Assembly (NCBI GenBank): GCA_902539745.1
Contig: CACBKA010000005.1
Span: 10,957 to 74,956 of the forward strand
Direction of reading: 5' to 3'
DNA length: 64,000 nucleotides
DNA from: an uncultured Pelagibacteraceae bacterium
Lineage (GTDB): Bacteria > Pseudomonadota > Alphaproteobacteria > Pelagibacterales > Pelagibacteraceae
Positions 9,232-20,048 of the stretch are shown piece by piece. A program made the translations under genes and the position numbers. The notes beneath the pieces are model-generated. The model ran no database searches and was not told where the DNA came from. It was given only the letters and a program-made list of their open reading frames with translations. Position 1 is the first letter of the stretch, and every line of letters starts with the position of its first letter.

Positions 9232-10520
9232 TAGAAAGATACTCTAGAGAAGAAGTTAAGAAAATCTGGCAAGATCATAATAGATATAAAATTTGGTTAG
9301 ATATTGAGCTTGCAGCAGCTTTGGCAATGGAAAAATACAAACTAATACCAAAGGGTGTTTATAAAAAGGTTAAATCTAAATCAAAAATTGACGTAAAAAA
9401 AATTTTAAAAATTGAAGGCAAGGTTAGACATGATGTGATTGCTTTTCTAAGTTCCATAATGGAAAGGTCAGGAAAAGAGGGAAGATTTTTACATAAGGGA
9501 ATGACGTCATCAGATGTATTGGATACTTGTTTTAATTTACAGCTAAAACAATCTGGAGAAATACTCCTTAAAGATATTGATAATTTATTAAGCGCAATTA
9601 AAAAACAATCTATAAAACACAAATTTACTCTTTGTATTGGTAGAAGCCATGGTATTCATGCGGAACCAACAACATTTGGGCTTAAGCTTCTTACTTATTA
9701 TGCAGAATTCTTGAGAAATAAAAAAAGACTTGAAAGAGCTATTGAAGATATTTCAACTTGTGCAATTTCTGGGGCTGTTGGAACGTTTGCAAATATAGAT
9801 CCAAGAATTGAAAAGTTTGTTGCGAACAAATTAAAATTAAAAATTGAACCAATTTCAACACAGATTATTCCAAGAGACAGGCATGCTCATTTCTTTTCAG
9901 TGTTAGGTATAATTGCAAGTTCTATTGAAAGATTTTCTGTCGAGATACGAAATTTACAAAGAACAGAAGTTGCAGAAGTTTATGAGTTTTTTAAAAAAAA
10001 ACAAATGGGTTCATCTGCAATGCCTCATAAAAAAAATCCGGTCCTAAGCGAGAATTTAACCGGTTTAGCAAGATTAATAAGGTCAATGGTAATACCCGCG
10101 ATGGAAAACGTTGCATTGTGGCATGAAAGAGATATTTCACACTCAAGTGTTGAGAGAAATATTGGTCCAGATGCAACTGTAACTCTAGATTTTGCTCTAA
10201 ACAGAATGAATGAAGTAGTTAATTCTATGAAAATAAATAAGAATAATATGAAAAAAAATTTAGATTTAACAAAAGGATTATTTTTTTCACAAAGAGTAAT
10301 GCTTTTTCTTACTGAAAAGGGACTTAAAAGGGAAGTTGCCTACAGAATTGTACAAAAATGTGCTCTAAGAGCAATTGACCAAAATATATCTTTTTACGAT
10401 AGTTTGATGGAAGATAAAAAAATTAGGGACATAATAACTGTTAATAATTTAAAAAACTTATTTGATTTTGGTTATCATACTAAGAAAATTAATGTAATTT
10501 TTAACAGAGTGTTAAAATGA
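9228..10520 (+). CDS. purB: Adenylosuccinate lyase
   Basis: 430 aa. [11 protein letters not shown] signature. ATGA overlap with map. Confidence 0.95.
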   Translation: MIERYSREEVKKIWQDHNRYKIWLDIELAAALAMEKYKLIPKGVYKKVKSKSKIDVKKILKIEGKVRHDVIAFLSSIMERSGKEGRFLHKGMTSSDVLDTCFNLQLKQSGEILLKDIDNLLSAIKKQSIKHKFTLCIGRSHGIHAEPTTFGLKLLTYYAEFLRNKKRLERAIEDISTCAISGAVGTFANIDPRIEKFVANKLKLKIEPISTQIIPRDRHAHFFSVLGIIASSIERFSVEIRNLQRTEVAEVYEFFKKKQMGSSAMPHKKNPVLSENLTGLARLIRSMVIPAMENVALWHERDISHSSVERNIGPDATVTLDFALNRMNEVVNSMKINKNNMKKNLDLTKGLFFSQRVMLFLTEKGLKREVAYRIVQKCALRAIDQNISFYDSLMEDKKIRDIITVNNLKNLFDFGYHTKKINVIFNRVLK

Positions 10521-11302
10521 ATAAAGGTAAAAAACTTTACGAAGGAAAAGCCAAAATAATCTACGAAACTAAAGAAAAAGGCTTGGCTATACAACATTTC
10601 AAAGACGATGCGACAGCTTTTAATAATAAAAAAAAAGCTACAGTTGAAGGCAAAGGTGTATTAAACAATCGAATATCAGAGCACATTTTAAATAATTTAA
10701 ATCAAGTCGGTATTAAAAATCATTTGGTAAAAAGACTTAATATGCGAGAACAACTTATAAAGCTTGTTGAGATCATACCTATAGAAGTTATCGTAAGAAA
10801 TATCGCTACAGGGTCCCTTACTAAAAGATTGGGTGTTACTGATGGAACCGTTCTTGAAAATCCTTTAATTGAGTTTTGTTACAAAAAAGATGAGCTTGAT
10901 GATCCCCTCATTGCAAAAGAGCATATATTTGCATTTAATTGGGCAACTGTTGAGGAAATAAAAATAATTGAGGAAATGACTTTTAGAATTAACGATTTTA
11001 TGTCAGGAATGTTTCGAGGTATAGGCATAAAACTTGTGGACTTTAAATTGGAATTTGGAAGAATTTGGAATAACGATCAGAAAGAGGTCATACTTGCTGA
11101 CGAAATTAGCCCTGATACTTGTAGACTTTGGGATATTAAAAGTGAAAAAAAATTAGATAAAGACAGATTTAGAAAAGATTTAGGAAATATAATTCAAGCT
11201 TACCAAGAAGTTGCTAGAAGACTTGGTATAGTTCCGGAAACAACCAATGTTAGTGAAGTAAATTTTAAAAAACCTACATCGATAAATATAAAAAAAAGAT
11301 AA
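10517..11302 (+). CDS. purC: SAICAR synthase
   Basis: N-terminus [10 protein letters not shown], and [12 protein letters not shown]. 261 aa. Confidence 0.95.
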   Translation: MNKGKKLYEGKAKIIYETKEKGLAIQHFKDDATAFNNKKKATVEGKGVLNNRISEHILNNLNQVGIKNHLVKRLNMREQLIKLVEIIPIEVIVRNIATGSLTKRLGVTDGTVLENPLIEFCYKKDELDDPLIAKEHIFAFNWATVEEIKIIEEMTFRINDFMSGMFRGIGIKLVDFKLEFGRIWNNDQKEVILADEISPDTCRLWDIKSEKKLDKDRFRKDLGNIIQAYQEVARRLGIVPETTNVSEVNFKKPTSINIKKR

Positions 11303-11303
11303 A

Positions 11304-11546
11304 TTGAAATTTGCAGTAACAGTCACTTTGAAAAAAGATGTACTAGATCCTCAGGGTAAAGTAGTGAGTCAAACTTTAAAAAATATGGGTATGAATAATC
11401 TAAGTCAAGTTAGACAAGGAAAGTTTTTTGAAATTGATTTAAAGGAAAAAGACTCCTCCAAAGCACATAATCAAGTTAAAGAAATGTGTGAAAAACTATT
11501 GGTTAATCAAATCATTGAGGATTTTAAAATTAGTAAAACAGAATGA
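11304..11546 (+). CDS. purS: FGAM synthase subunit PurS
   Basis: 80 aa, VLDPQG motif, TTG start, located between purC and purQ. Confidence 0.85.
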   Translation: MKFAVTVTLKKDVLDPQGKVVSQTLKNMGMNNLSQVRQGKFFEIDLKEKDSSKAHNQVKEMCEKLLVNQIIEDFKISKTE

Positions 11547-12220
11547 AATCATCAGTTATAGTTTTTCCTGGATCAAATTGTGATAGGGACGTAGCAGTTG
11601 CATTAGAAAAATTACAATTTAAAAACTCTATGATATGGCATAAAGAAAACGTCCTGCCAAAATCAGATCTTATTGTTGTTCCTGGAGGTTTTTCGTACGG
11701 TGATTATCTTAGATCTGGCGCCATAGCTGCTAAATCAAATATATTAAATGAAGTAATAAAGGCTGGAGAGCGTGGGTCTTTAATACTTGGTATTTGCAAT
11801 GGTTTCCAAATTCTCATTGAATGTGGTCTTTTAAAAGGCGCACTTTTAAGAAATTCAGGTTTGAAATTTATATCAAAAAATATTTTTATAAAAATTCAAT
11901 CAAATAAAAATAAGTTTTTTAACAAATATAAAAAAAATGAAATATTAGAACTCAATATAGCTCATAATGAAGGTAATTTTTTTACTGATAAAAAACATTT
12001 AAATGAGTTGGAAGACAATGATTTAATACCTATAAAGTATTGTGATAAAGAGGGAAATATAAACCAAAAAACAAATCCAAATGGTTCTATAAATAATATA
12101 GCTGGAATTTTTAATAAAAATAAAAACATTCTAGGTATGATGCCTCATCCCGAGAGAATGGCTGATAAAACATGTTCTAATGAGGATGGTCTTCCACTTT
12201 TTTTGAGTTTAATGAATTAA
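11543..12220 (+). CDS. purQ: FGAM synthase glutaminase subunit PurQ
   Basis: Catalytic GICNGFQ and MPHPER motifs. 225 aa. Confidence 0.9.
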   Translation: MKSSVIVFPGSNCDRDVAVALEKLQFKNSMIWHKENVLPKSDLIVVPGGFSYGDYLRSGAIAAKSNILNEVIKAGERGSLILGICNGFQILIECGLLKGALLRNSGLKFISKNIFIKIQSNKNKFFNKYKKNEILELNIAHNEGNFFTDKKHLNELEDNDLIPIKYCDKEGNINQKTNPNGSINNIAGIFNKNKNILGMMPHPERMADKTCSNEDGLPLFLSLMN

Positions 12221-12221
12221 A

Positions 12222-14414
12222 ATGAAAATTAATAAAGAACAGATTGAAAAACATGGTTTAAAATTAGAAGAATATAATAAAATTAAAGAACTTTTAGGAA
12301 GAGAAGCAAATTTATTAGAACTTGGAATTTTCTCTGCTATGTGGAATGAGCATTGTTCTTACAAATCCTCTAAGATACACCTAAAAAAATTGCCCACAAA
12401 AAATAACATAGTTATCCAGGGACCAGGTGAAAACGCTGGTGTCATTGATATTGGAGATGATGATGCAATTATTTTTAAAATAGAAAGTCATAATCACCCT
12501 TCGTTTATTGAACCTTATCAAGGAGCAGCTACTGGGGTTGGTGGCATTTTAAGAGATGTTTTTACAATGGGAGCTAGACCAATAGCTTTGATGAACTCAA
12601 TTCATTTTGGCTCACCAACAAATAAAAATACTCAAAACTTATTAAATGGTGTCGTTTCCGGAATTGGTGGTTACGGAAACTCAGTTGGTATACCTACGGT
12701 TGGTGGAGAAACTAAGTTTAATAGCACTTACAATGAAAATATTTTAGTTAATGCAATGGCTGTGGGACACGCAAATAAAAATAAAATTTTTTACTCAAAA
12801 GCAAAAGGAATTAATAAACCAGTGGTTTATGTTGGCTCAAAAACTGGTCGAGATGGAATTCATGGAGCAACTATGGCCTCTGCAGAGTTTGATGAAAACT
12901 CTGAAGAAAAAAAACCAACTGTCCAAGTAGGAGACCCGTTTACTGAAAAGCTTTTGCTTGAGGCATGTTTGGAATTAATGAGGGAAAACTCGATTATATC
13001 AATTCAAGATATGGGTGCAGCTGGTTTGACATCATCAAGTATCGAAATGGCATCAAAAGGCAAACTTGGGATTGAGTTAGATTTAAATAAAGTTCCATGT
13101 AGAGAAAATAATATGTCTCCTTATGAGATGATGCTATCAGAAAGTCAGGAACGAATGCTAATAATACTTGACGAAAAAAAAGAAAAAAAAGCAAAAAAAA
13201 TATTTGATAAATGGGACTTAGATTTTGTAGTAATTGGGAAAACTACAGATACTAATCGTCTAGTTTTAAATTTTGATAACAAAATAGTTGCAGATATTCC
13301 CATACCAGCACTAGCAGATAAAGCTCCCCAGTATGATAGGAAATGGAATAAGCCTAAAATTAAAAAAAATAATTTGAAAAAATATGATCTGAAAAAAATT
13401 AAAATTGAAGATGCTTTAATAAAAATTTTATCCTCTCCAGATCATTCAAATAAAAGTTGGATTACCGATCAGTATGATCAAGTAGTAATGTGTGATACAA
13501 TACAAAAATCAGGTGGAGATGCTGCGGTTGTGAGAATCCATAACAAAAATAAAGCAATATCAATATCAGTAGACTCTTCAGCAAATTATTGCAGCTCTGA
13601 TCCTAAAAGTGGAGGAAAACAAATTGTTTGTGAAAATTGGAGAAATCTAATTTCAGTTGGTTCAAAACCATTAGCTATCACAAATTGTTTAAACTTTGGT
13701 AGCCCGGAAAAACCAGACGTGATGGGAGAATTTGTTGAATGTATAAATGGTATGAAAGAGGCCTGTGAATTTTTAAATTTTCCAGTGGTTTCTGGCAATG
13801 TATCTTTTTATAATGAAACAAACTCAAAAAGTATTTTTCCAACTCCTGTGATCGGAGGTATAGGCTTGTTAGATAATTTAAATAAAATTATCAATATGAA
13901 AACAAAAAAAGTTGGCAATTTAATTATTGTAGTAGGAAAAACATTTGGACATTTAGGTCAAAGTTCTTTTATGAGAGAAATCTATTCAGCTAATGAAGGT
14001 GCACCTCCTGAAATAAATTTAACTAATGAGAAAAATAATGGAAATTCCATTTTAAATTTAATTAATCTAAATTTAGTATCATCATGCCATGACGTCTCTT
14101 CTGGTGGAATTCTAATTAGTTTAGCAGAAATGTCTATGGCCTCTATGTTGGGGTTAAAGATACTGAAGCCCAAAAAGTTTACAAATTTGAATGAATATTT
14201 TTTTGCAGAAGATCAAGGAAGATATTTAGTAGAAATTGAAGTAGATAATCTTAAAAAAGTTGAGGGTATACTAAAAAAAAGCAATATTTTTTATGAAGTT
14301 GTTGCTGAAGTACAAAATGACATATTTGAGTTAAGTAAAACTTTTAGTATAAAAACTCAAGAGCTATATAAAAATAATAATCAGTGGTTTAAAAAATTTA
14401 ATGCCATTAACTAA
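12222..14414 (+). CDS. purL: FGAM synthase subunit PurL (small type)
   Basis: 730 aa. [22 protein letters not shown] motifs. Confidence 0.95.
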   Translation: MKINKEQIEKHGLKLEEYNKIKELLGREANLLELGIFSAMWNEHCSYKSSKIHLKKLPTKNNIVIQGPGENAGVIDIGDDDAIIFKIESHNHPSFIEPYQGAATGVGGILRDVFTMGARPIALMNSIHFGSPTNKNTQNLLNGVVSGIGGYGNSVGIPTVGGETKFNSTYNENILVNAMAVGHANKNKIFYSKAKGINKPVVYVGSKTGRDGIHGATMASAEFDENSEEKKPTVQVGDPFTEKLLLEACLELMRENSIISIQDMGAAGLTSSSIEMASKGKLGIELDLNKVPCRENNMSPYEMMLSESQERMLIILDEKKEKKAKKIFDKWDLDFVVIGKTTDTNRLVLNFDNKIVADIPIPALADKAPQYDRKWNKPKIKKNNLKKYDLKKIKIEDALIKILSSPDHSNKSWITDQYDQVVMCDTIQKSGGDAAVVRIHNKNKAISISVDSSANYCSSDPKSGGKQIVCENWRNLISVGSKPLAITNCLNFGSPEKPDVMGEFVECINGMKEACEFLNFPVVSGNVSFYNETNSKSIFPTPVIGGIGLLDNLNKIINMKTKKVGNLIIVVGKTFGHLGQSSFMREIYSANEGAPPEINLTNEKNNGNSILNLINLNLVSSCHDVSSGGILISLAEMSMASMLGLKILKPKKFTNLNEYFFAEDQGRYLVEIEVDNLKKVEGILKKSNIFYEVVAEVQNDIFELSKTFSIKTQELYKNNNQWFKKFNAIN

Positions 14415-14634
14415 AGATGAAATATCAAAAATGATAATGAGCGCTTTTCCAGACGCATCTCTTGAGTTGAAAGATACAATGGGAGATAACAATCACTATT
14501 CAGCAAAAATAATCTCAAAAGTTTTTAATGGTAAATCTAGAGTTGAACAACATAAAATGGTATATAAAGCCTTGAAAGGTAAAATGGGTAATGAGCTTCA
14601 TGCCTTAGCATTAACTACTGAGGAACAAAAATGA
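14401..14634 (+). CDS. BolA family protein
   Basis: 77 aa, BolA-like sequence. Translationally coupled to the monothiol glutaredoxin gene. Confidence 0.8.
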   Translation: MPLTKDEISKMIMSAFPDASLELKDTMGDNNHYSAKIISKVFNGKSRVEQHKMVYKALKGKMGNELHALALTTEEQK

Positions 14635-14954
14635 GCGATATAAATCAAAAAATAAAGGATATAATTTCATCTAATGATATAGTTCTATTTATGAAAGGTA
14701 CACCTGATGCACCACAGTGTGGTTTCTCTATGGCTGTTTCAAATATTTTAAAACATTTAAGTGTTAAATTTGAAGGAGTTAATGTTTTAGTTAGTGATGA
14801 ACTAAGACAAGGAATAAAAGATTTTACAGACTGGCCAACAATACCACAGCTCTATGTCAAAGGAGAATTCGTTGGAGGATGTGACATTATAAAAGAAATG
14901 TTTGAAAAAGGTGAGCTCAAAAAACTTTTTGAGGAAAAATCTTTATTATCTTGA
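14631..14954 (+). CDS. grxD: Monothiol glutaredoxin (Grx4 family)
   Basis: CGFS active site (PQCGFS) and WPTIPQLYV motif. 107 aa. Confidence 0.9.
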   Translation: MSDINQKIKDIISSNDIVLFMKGTPDAPQCGFSMAVSNILKHLSVKFEGVNVLVSDELRQGIKDFTDWPTIPQLYVKGEFVGGCDIIKEMFEKGELKKLFEEKSLLS

Positions 14955-15563
14955 ATAATATTCGATTACTAGTTTCGGTTCCATTACTGTTGGATAAGGA
15001 ATATCTGCAAACTTGGGCACCCTAACTAATTTTGCTGTTTTGTTTTTACTATCATGCTGAATATACTCTGGCACATCTCTCTCTTTACTACTTAAACATC
15101 CCTCTATAATTGTAAGAGTTTTTGATTTATCCTTTACCTCGATTAAGTCATTTTCTTTAACTGTGTAACTTGAAATATTAACTTTCTTTTTATTTACTTT
15201 GAAATGACCATGATTGATGAGCTGCCTTGCAGAAAAAACTGTTGGAGCAAATTTTGCTCTATAAATGACTGTGTCTAATCTCGTCTCTAAAAGCCCAACT
15301 AAATTTTCTGTTGTATCGCCTTTCTTCTTTAAAGCTTTTCTGTACACATTTCTAAACTGTCTTTCGTTAATATTGCCGTAATAAGATTTTAATTTCTGTT
15401 TTGCGTTAAGCTGAATACCATAATCAGTAGGTTTGCCTTTTCTACTTTGCCCATGTTGTCCTGGTGGATAATTTCTTGTATTAAAGGGACTTTTTGGTCG
15501 ACCCCATAAGTTGACTTTAAGTCTTCTATCTACCTTATGTTTTGCATTTATACGTTTTGTCAT
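14946..15563 (-). CDS. rpsD: 30S ribosomal protein S4
   Basis: 205 aa. Typical S4 N-terminus and S4 RNA-binding domain ([25 protein letters not shown]). Confidence 0.95.
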   Translation of the reverse strand: MTKRINAKHKVDRRLKVNLWGRPKSPFNTRNYPPGQHGQSRKGKPTDYGIQLNAKQKLKSYYGNINERQFRNVYRKALKKKGDTTENLVGLLETRLDTVIYRAKFAPTVFSARQLINHGHFKVNKKKVNISSYTVKENDLIEVKDKSKTLTIIEGCLSSKERDVPEYIQHDSKNKTAKLVRVPKFADIPYPTVMEPKLVIEYYSR

Positions 15564-15573
15564 AAAAAAAATC

Positions 15574-15601
15574 TTTATAATCGTTCTTATAAATTTGTCA
15601 A
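15574..15601 (-). promoter_or_regulatory. Candidate sigma70-type promoter for rpsD
   Basis: On the minus strand: TTGACA (15601-15596), 16-nt spacer, TATAAA (15579-15574). Only 10 nt separate the -10 element from the ATG, which would make the mRNA nearly leaderless. The AT-rich background makes chance matches likely. Confidence 0.3.
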
Positions 15602-15607
15602 TTAGTC

Positions 15608-16312
15608 TTATAATTTACTAAAAACACTTGATAAAATCCTTAATTCTTTATTACTTAACTCAATTCTTCCAAAGATATTTCTAAGATTTATAAGCATAGT
15701 TTTTTTCTTTTCTTTTGGAACAAAAAAACCCTTTTTTTCTAATCTTGTTTCTAGGAAATCAAAAAATACGTTAAGTTTTCTTTTGCTTGCAATATCGCCC
15801 AAATGCTTTTCTTTTTTAAAGAAACTTGGTTTAAGCAGTTTAAAAATCTCAAAACATACAATTATTAAACTATGTGATAAATTTAATGACTCAAATTTTT
15901 TATGTGCTGGGATCTTAAATATATAATTAGAGTATCCTATATCTTCATTAGATAAACCTGATGCCTCAGGACCAAATAAAATACCAATCTTTTTATTTCT
16001 ATTCTTTTTTATACTTTTAATAAATTGTTTAAATGAAAGATGTTTTTTGTTTATATCTCTTTTCCTTGCTGTTGAGGCATAAATAATATCATATTGGTTT
16101 GATGCAATTTTTAAAGAGGAATATATTTTAGTTTTATTGAGAATATCATTTGCTCCCACTGAAGTGGCAATAGCTTTTTTGTTTGGCCATTTTTCTTTTG
16201 GATTAATTATATCCAATTTTTTAAACCCAAAGTTCTTTAATGCTCTAGCGCAAAAACCTATATTTTCTGGAAGCTGTGGGTTAACAAGTAAAAAGCCAAC
16301 GCTTTTAATCAT
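15608..16312 (-). CDS. SpoU/TrmH-family RNA 2'-O-methyltransferase (TrmJ-like)
   Basis: N-terminus [21 protein letters not shown] and [11 protein letters not shown] motifs. 234 aa. Confidence 0.75.
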   Translation of the reverse strand: MIKSVGFLLVNPQLPENIGFCARALKNFGFKKLDIINPKEKWPNKKAIATSVGANDILNKTKIYSSLKIASNQYDIIYASTARKRDINKKHLSFKQFIKSIKKNRNKKIGILFGPEASGLSNEDIGYSNYIFKIPAHKKFESLNLSHSLIIVCFEIFKLLKPSFFKKEKHLGDIASKRKLNVFFDFLETRLEKKGFFVPKEKKKTMLINLRNIFGRIELSNKELRILSSVFSKL

Positions 16313-17906
16313 TTGCAGGAGCTTTTTCTTTATAAAGTTTATAATCTAAACTATCAATTAATGCTTTAAAAGATGCATCAATAATATTTGGTGACACACC
16401 AATTGTGAACCAGTTTTTTCCTTCTTTATCAGTACTTTCAATTGAGACTCTCGTTGTTGCATTTGTGCCAGTATTTAAAATTCTAACTTTATAATCTACC
16501 AGTTTTAAATCTTTTAAATATTTTGAATATTTACCAACTTTATCTACATTTGATCTTATCGCATTGTCTAATGCATTGACTGGTCCGTTACCTGACCCTT
16601 CACAAATAATTTCTTTACCGTCAACTACCAAATGCGCTTTTGCAAAAGAATTTATTTTATCTTTCGAATCTCTTTTAACAGAGACATCGTATTTAGAAAT
16701 TGTTAAGTATTTTGGTATTTCACCGAGAAGACGTCTTGCTAACAATTCAAATGAAGCATCTGCGCCATCATATGAATAACCAGCAAATTCTCTTTCTTTT
16801 ACTTCATCAAGTAAACTTTGAACCTTTGGATCATTTTTATCTATTTTAATTCCATATTTTTCTAATCTAGAAATTATATTAGACTTACCTGACTGATCGG
16901 AGACAACTATATTCCTAAAATTTCCAACTAAATTAGGAGTTATATGTTCATAAGTTTTAGGATCTTTTGTAACCGCAGATACATGAAGACCGCCCTTATG
17001 AGAAAAAGCTGATGCACCAACATATGCCGCATGTCTATTTGATTTTCTGTTTAAAATTTCATCAAGTAATCTAGAACATTCAGTTAATTTTTTTATTTTT
17101 TCTTTTTTAATACCTATCTCGAATTTTTTTGAAAAGGATTCTTTTAGGACTAGTGTCGGAATTACTGACATTAAATTTGCATTACCGCATCTTTCGCCAA
17201 GACCATTAATTGTTCCTTGTACTTGTCTTGCGCCAGATAAAATTGCAATTAATGAGTTTGCTACTGCATTTTCAGTATCGTTATGTGCATGGATACCTAA
17301 ATTTTTACCAGGTATAACTTTGGATACTTTTGAAACAATTTCTCCTACTTCATGTGGGAGAGTACCCCCATTTGTATCACAAAGAACAATCCATCTTGCC
17401 CCCTCGTTATAAGCAGTTTTTAAGCAACTTATTGCATAATCTCGATTATTTTTGTAACCATCAAAGAAATGCTCAGCATCAAACATAAATTCTTTTTTAT
17501 TTTTGACAAATAATTTTGCTGACTCTTTTATGTTTTCTAAATTTTCTTTTTTGGTTATACCTAAAGCTACGTCCACATGGAAATCCCAAGATTTTCCAAC
17601 CAAACATACCGCGGGTGTATTAGAGTTTAAAATAGCAGATAAACCTGGATCATTTTGTGCACTTCTTCCACTTTTTTTTGTCATTCCGAAAGCAGTTAAG
17701 ACTGTATTGCCGAGACTCGGAGGTTTATTAAAAAAAGTAGTGTCTAATGTATTTGCTCCTGGCCACCCGCCCTCTAAATAGTCTACACCAAGTTCTGAGA
17801 GAGATTTAGCAATTTTATTTTTTTCATCTATAGAAAAATTCACGCCCTCTGTCTGGGCTCCATCTCTTAAAGTTGTATCAAAAATATATATTTTTTCCTT
17901 ACTCAT
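16305..17906 (-). CDS. cimA: Citramalate synthase / 2-isopropylmalate synthase family
   Basis: IFDTTLRDGAQ and HAHNDTENAVANS motifs. 533 aa including the C-terminal LeuA-dimer-type domain. Length and N-terminus fit CimA better than LeuA. Confidence 0.8.
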   Translation of the reverse strand: MSKEKIYIFDTTLRDGAQTEGVNFSIDEKNKIAKSLSELGVDYLEGGWPGANTLDTTFFNKPPSLGNTVLTAFGMTKKSGRSAQNDPGLSAILNSNTPAVCLVGKSWDFHVDVALGITKKENLENIKESAKLFVKNKKEFMFDAEHFFDGYKNNRDYAISCLKTAYNEGARWIVLCDTNGGTLPHEVGEIVSKVSKVIPGKNLGIHAHNDTENAVANSLIAILSGARQVQGTINGLGERCGNANLMSVIPTLVLKESFSKKFEIGIKKEKIKKLTECSRLLDEILNRKSNRHAAYVGASAFSHKGGLHVSAVTKDPKTYEHITPNLVGNFRNIVVSDQSGKSNIISRLEKYGIKIDKNDPKVQSLLDEVKEREFAGYSYDGADASFELLARRLLGEIPKYLTISKYDVSVKRDSKDKINSFAKAHLVVDGKEIICEGSGNGPVNALDNAIRSNVDKVGKYSKYLKDLKLVDYKVRILNTGTNATTRVSIESTDKEGKNWFTIGVSPNIIDASFKALIDSLDYKLYKEKAPAND

Positions 17907-19261
17907 TTATATTTCCATATCGTTTTATTATTTTTATCCTCAATTGAAATCCCGTTGTCTTCTAACTCTTTTCTTATATCATCAGCCAATTTATAATTAC
18001 CTTTTTTTCTAGCATTTTCTCTTTCCTTAATTTTTAGTTCAATTGTATTTTCATCAATATTTATTTTTGTTTTTTTAAAATTTTTCCAAGATTCCTGATT
18101 TTCCTCCATTAATCCAATTAACTTACAACCTTCAAGAAAAAGTTTTTTGGAAGACTTGTCGCCTTTTGAAGCTTTTTCGTACAATAAATGAAGTTTTGCA
18201 ATAAACCCAGGTGTATTTAAATCCTCTAGGAGTGGACTTACTAAATTATCATCTAAATTACTATCTTTGACTGGTTCGTATAAGCTATACCATTTATCAA
18301 GGGTACTTTGACTTTCACTAACTAACTTTTCGTTCCAATCTAATGGTTGTTTATAATGAGAGCTCAATAATGCCAAACGAATAACTTGACCATTAATTTT
18401 ATTTTTCATTTTTTGCATTGTGACTATATTACCTAATGATTTGGACATCTTCTCTTTGTTATAAGTAACATAACCATTGTGTAACCAATAGTTTGCAAAT
18501 TTATCTGTTTTATTTGCACAACAAGATTGAGCTATTTCATTTTCATGATGAGGAAAAACAAGATCTAACCCACCACCATGAATGTCAAAATTTTTTCCTA
18601 AATATTTTTCACTCATAACTGAACACTCGAGATGCCAACCTGGTCTACCCCGACCCCAAGGAGAATCCCAGCCAGGATCATCTGTAGAAGATGGTTTCCA
18701 AAGAACAAAATCTAATGGATTATTTTTTAATTTTGAAATCTCTACTCTTGAACCTGCCTCAAGTTCACTAGGTTTCTTATTAGATAACTTTCCATAATTT
18801 TTAAAAGAGTTTACTGAAAAATAGACGTGTTTGTCTTTTTCATAAGCATGTTTATTATTCAATAAATTTTCTGTCATACTAATCATTCCTTTAATATGTT
18901 CTGTAGCTCTTGGTTCAAAATTTGGTTTTAAACAATTTAAATATTTACAATCGTCGTGAAAGTTTTTTGTAATATCATTTGTAAGCTTATCTATTGAAAT
19001 TTTTTTATTTTTAGATGCTTCGATAATTTTATCATCAATATCAGTTATATTTCTCACATAAGTAACTTTATCATTACCATTAAGTTTTTTTAGCAATCTA
19101 AACAGAACATCAAAAACAACAAGTGGTCTTGCGTTTCCAATATGTGGAAAATCGTAAACAGTTGGTCCACAAACATACATCCCAACCTTACCTGTATTAA
19201 TGGGTATAAATTTTTCTTTTTTTCCTGAAAGAGTATTAAATATATTTAATTGTTTATTCAT
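17903..19261 (-). CDS. cysS: Cysteinyl-tRNA synthetase
   Basis: HIGNARP (HIGH) and KMSKS motifs. 452 aa. Confidence 0.95.
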   Translation of the reverse strand: MNKQLNIFNTLSGKKEKFIPINTGKVGMYVCGPTVYDFPHIGNARPLVVFDVLFRLLKKLNGNDKVTYVRNITDIDDKIIEASKNKKISIDKLTNDITKNFHDDCKYLNCLKPNFEPRATEHIKGMISMTENLLNNKHAYEKDKHVYFSVNSFKNYGKLSNKKPSELEAGSRVEISKLKNNPLDFVLWKPSSTDDPGWDSPWGRGRPGWHLECSVMSEKYLGKNFDIHGGGLDLVFPHHENEIAQSCCANKTDKFANYWLHNGYVTYNKEKMSKSLGNIVTMQKMKNKINGQVIRLALLSSHYKQPLDWNEKLVSESQSTLDKWYSLYEPVKDSNLDDNLVSPLLEDLNTPGFIAKLHLLYEKASKGDKSSKKLFLEGCKLIGLMEENQESWKNFKKTKINIDENTIELKIKERENARKKGNYKLADDIRKELEDNGISIEDKNNKTIWKYK

Positions 19262-19994
19262 CTTTCATCATACAAACGGGTATAGGATTCATCTTGTGTA
19301 GATTTTTTTTTCTAATTTCAAGATACTTGCTATAACCTTCACTAGTTTTGTCCATCATAGCTTTTTCAAGCTCGTCATAAGACATACCTAACTGATTTGT
19401 ATCGGTTCTTCCGTCGTCCCACAAACCATCAGTTGGTTCTGCCTCAATTATTTCTTTTATGATGCCTAGTGATTTTCCCATCTCCCAAACTTGTGTTTTT
19501 GTGCAGTCAGCTATTGGAGAAATATCAACTCCTCCATCACCATATTTTGTGTAAAAACCAACGCCAAAATCTTCTACTTTGTTTCCAGTTCCCACAACTA
19601 TACCATTGTTAGATGCAGCAACTTGATAAAGTGTTGTCATTCTTAATCTTGCTCTAGAATTAGCTAATCCATGATTATTTTTAAAGTTTGATAAACTATT
19701 TTTAAAATTATCAAAGACATTATCAAGTTTAATTATGTGTCCTTCTACATTTTTAAACTTATTTTTTAACCATTCCTGATGCTTAAGACTTAGATCATGT
19801 TGATCTTTTATTTGGTTGATAGGCATTGAAAGTATAATCGTTTTTTTTCCTGTAAGAGCACAAAGTGTGCTTGTCACTGAGGAATCTATGCCTCCTGAAA
19901 CACCAATTACTAAAGTTTTTGCCTCTATCGGCATATTTTTACAGTAATCAATAATCCAGTTTTTTATACGATTTATTCTTTCAGTAGTTTGCAT
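19254..19994 (-). CDS. nadE: NH3-dependent NAD+ synthetase
   Basis: PP-loop GVSGGIDSS. 246 aa. Confidence 0.9.
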   Translation of the reverse strand: MQTTERINRIKNWIIDYCKNMPIEAKTLVIGVSGGIDSSVTSTLCALTGKKTIILSMPINQIKDQHDLSLKHQEWLKNKFKNVEGHIIKLDNVFDNFKNSLSNFKNNHGLANSRARLRMTTLYQVAASNNGIVVGTGNKVEDFGVGFYTKYGDGGVDISPIADCTKTQVWEMGKSLGIIKEIIEAEPTDGLWDDGRTDTNQLGMSYDELEKAMMDKTSEGYSKYLEIRKKNLHKMNPIPVCMMKDE

Positions 19995-20021
19995 AATGTT
20001 ACTATCATCTTATTAATAGAC

Positions 20022-20048
20022 CTTAGTAATTGTTTTTCAATTACTAAG
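20022..20048 (-). other. Perfect 11-bp stem / 5-nt loop hairpin overlapping the DAHP synthase stop codon (possible terminator or RNA-stability element)
   Basis: CTTAGTAATTG-ttttt-CAATTACTAAG. All 11 pairs checked by hand. There is no U-tract after it on the minus-strand RNA. Confidence 0.35.
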
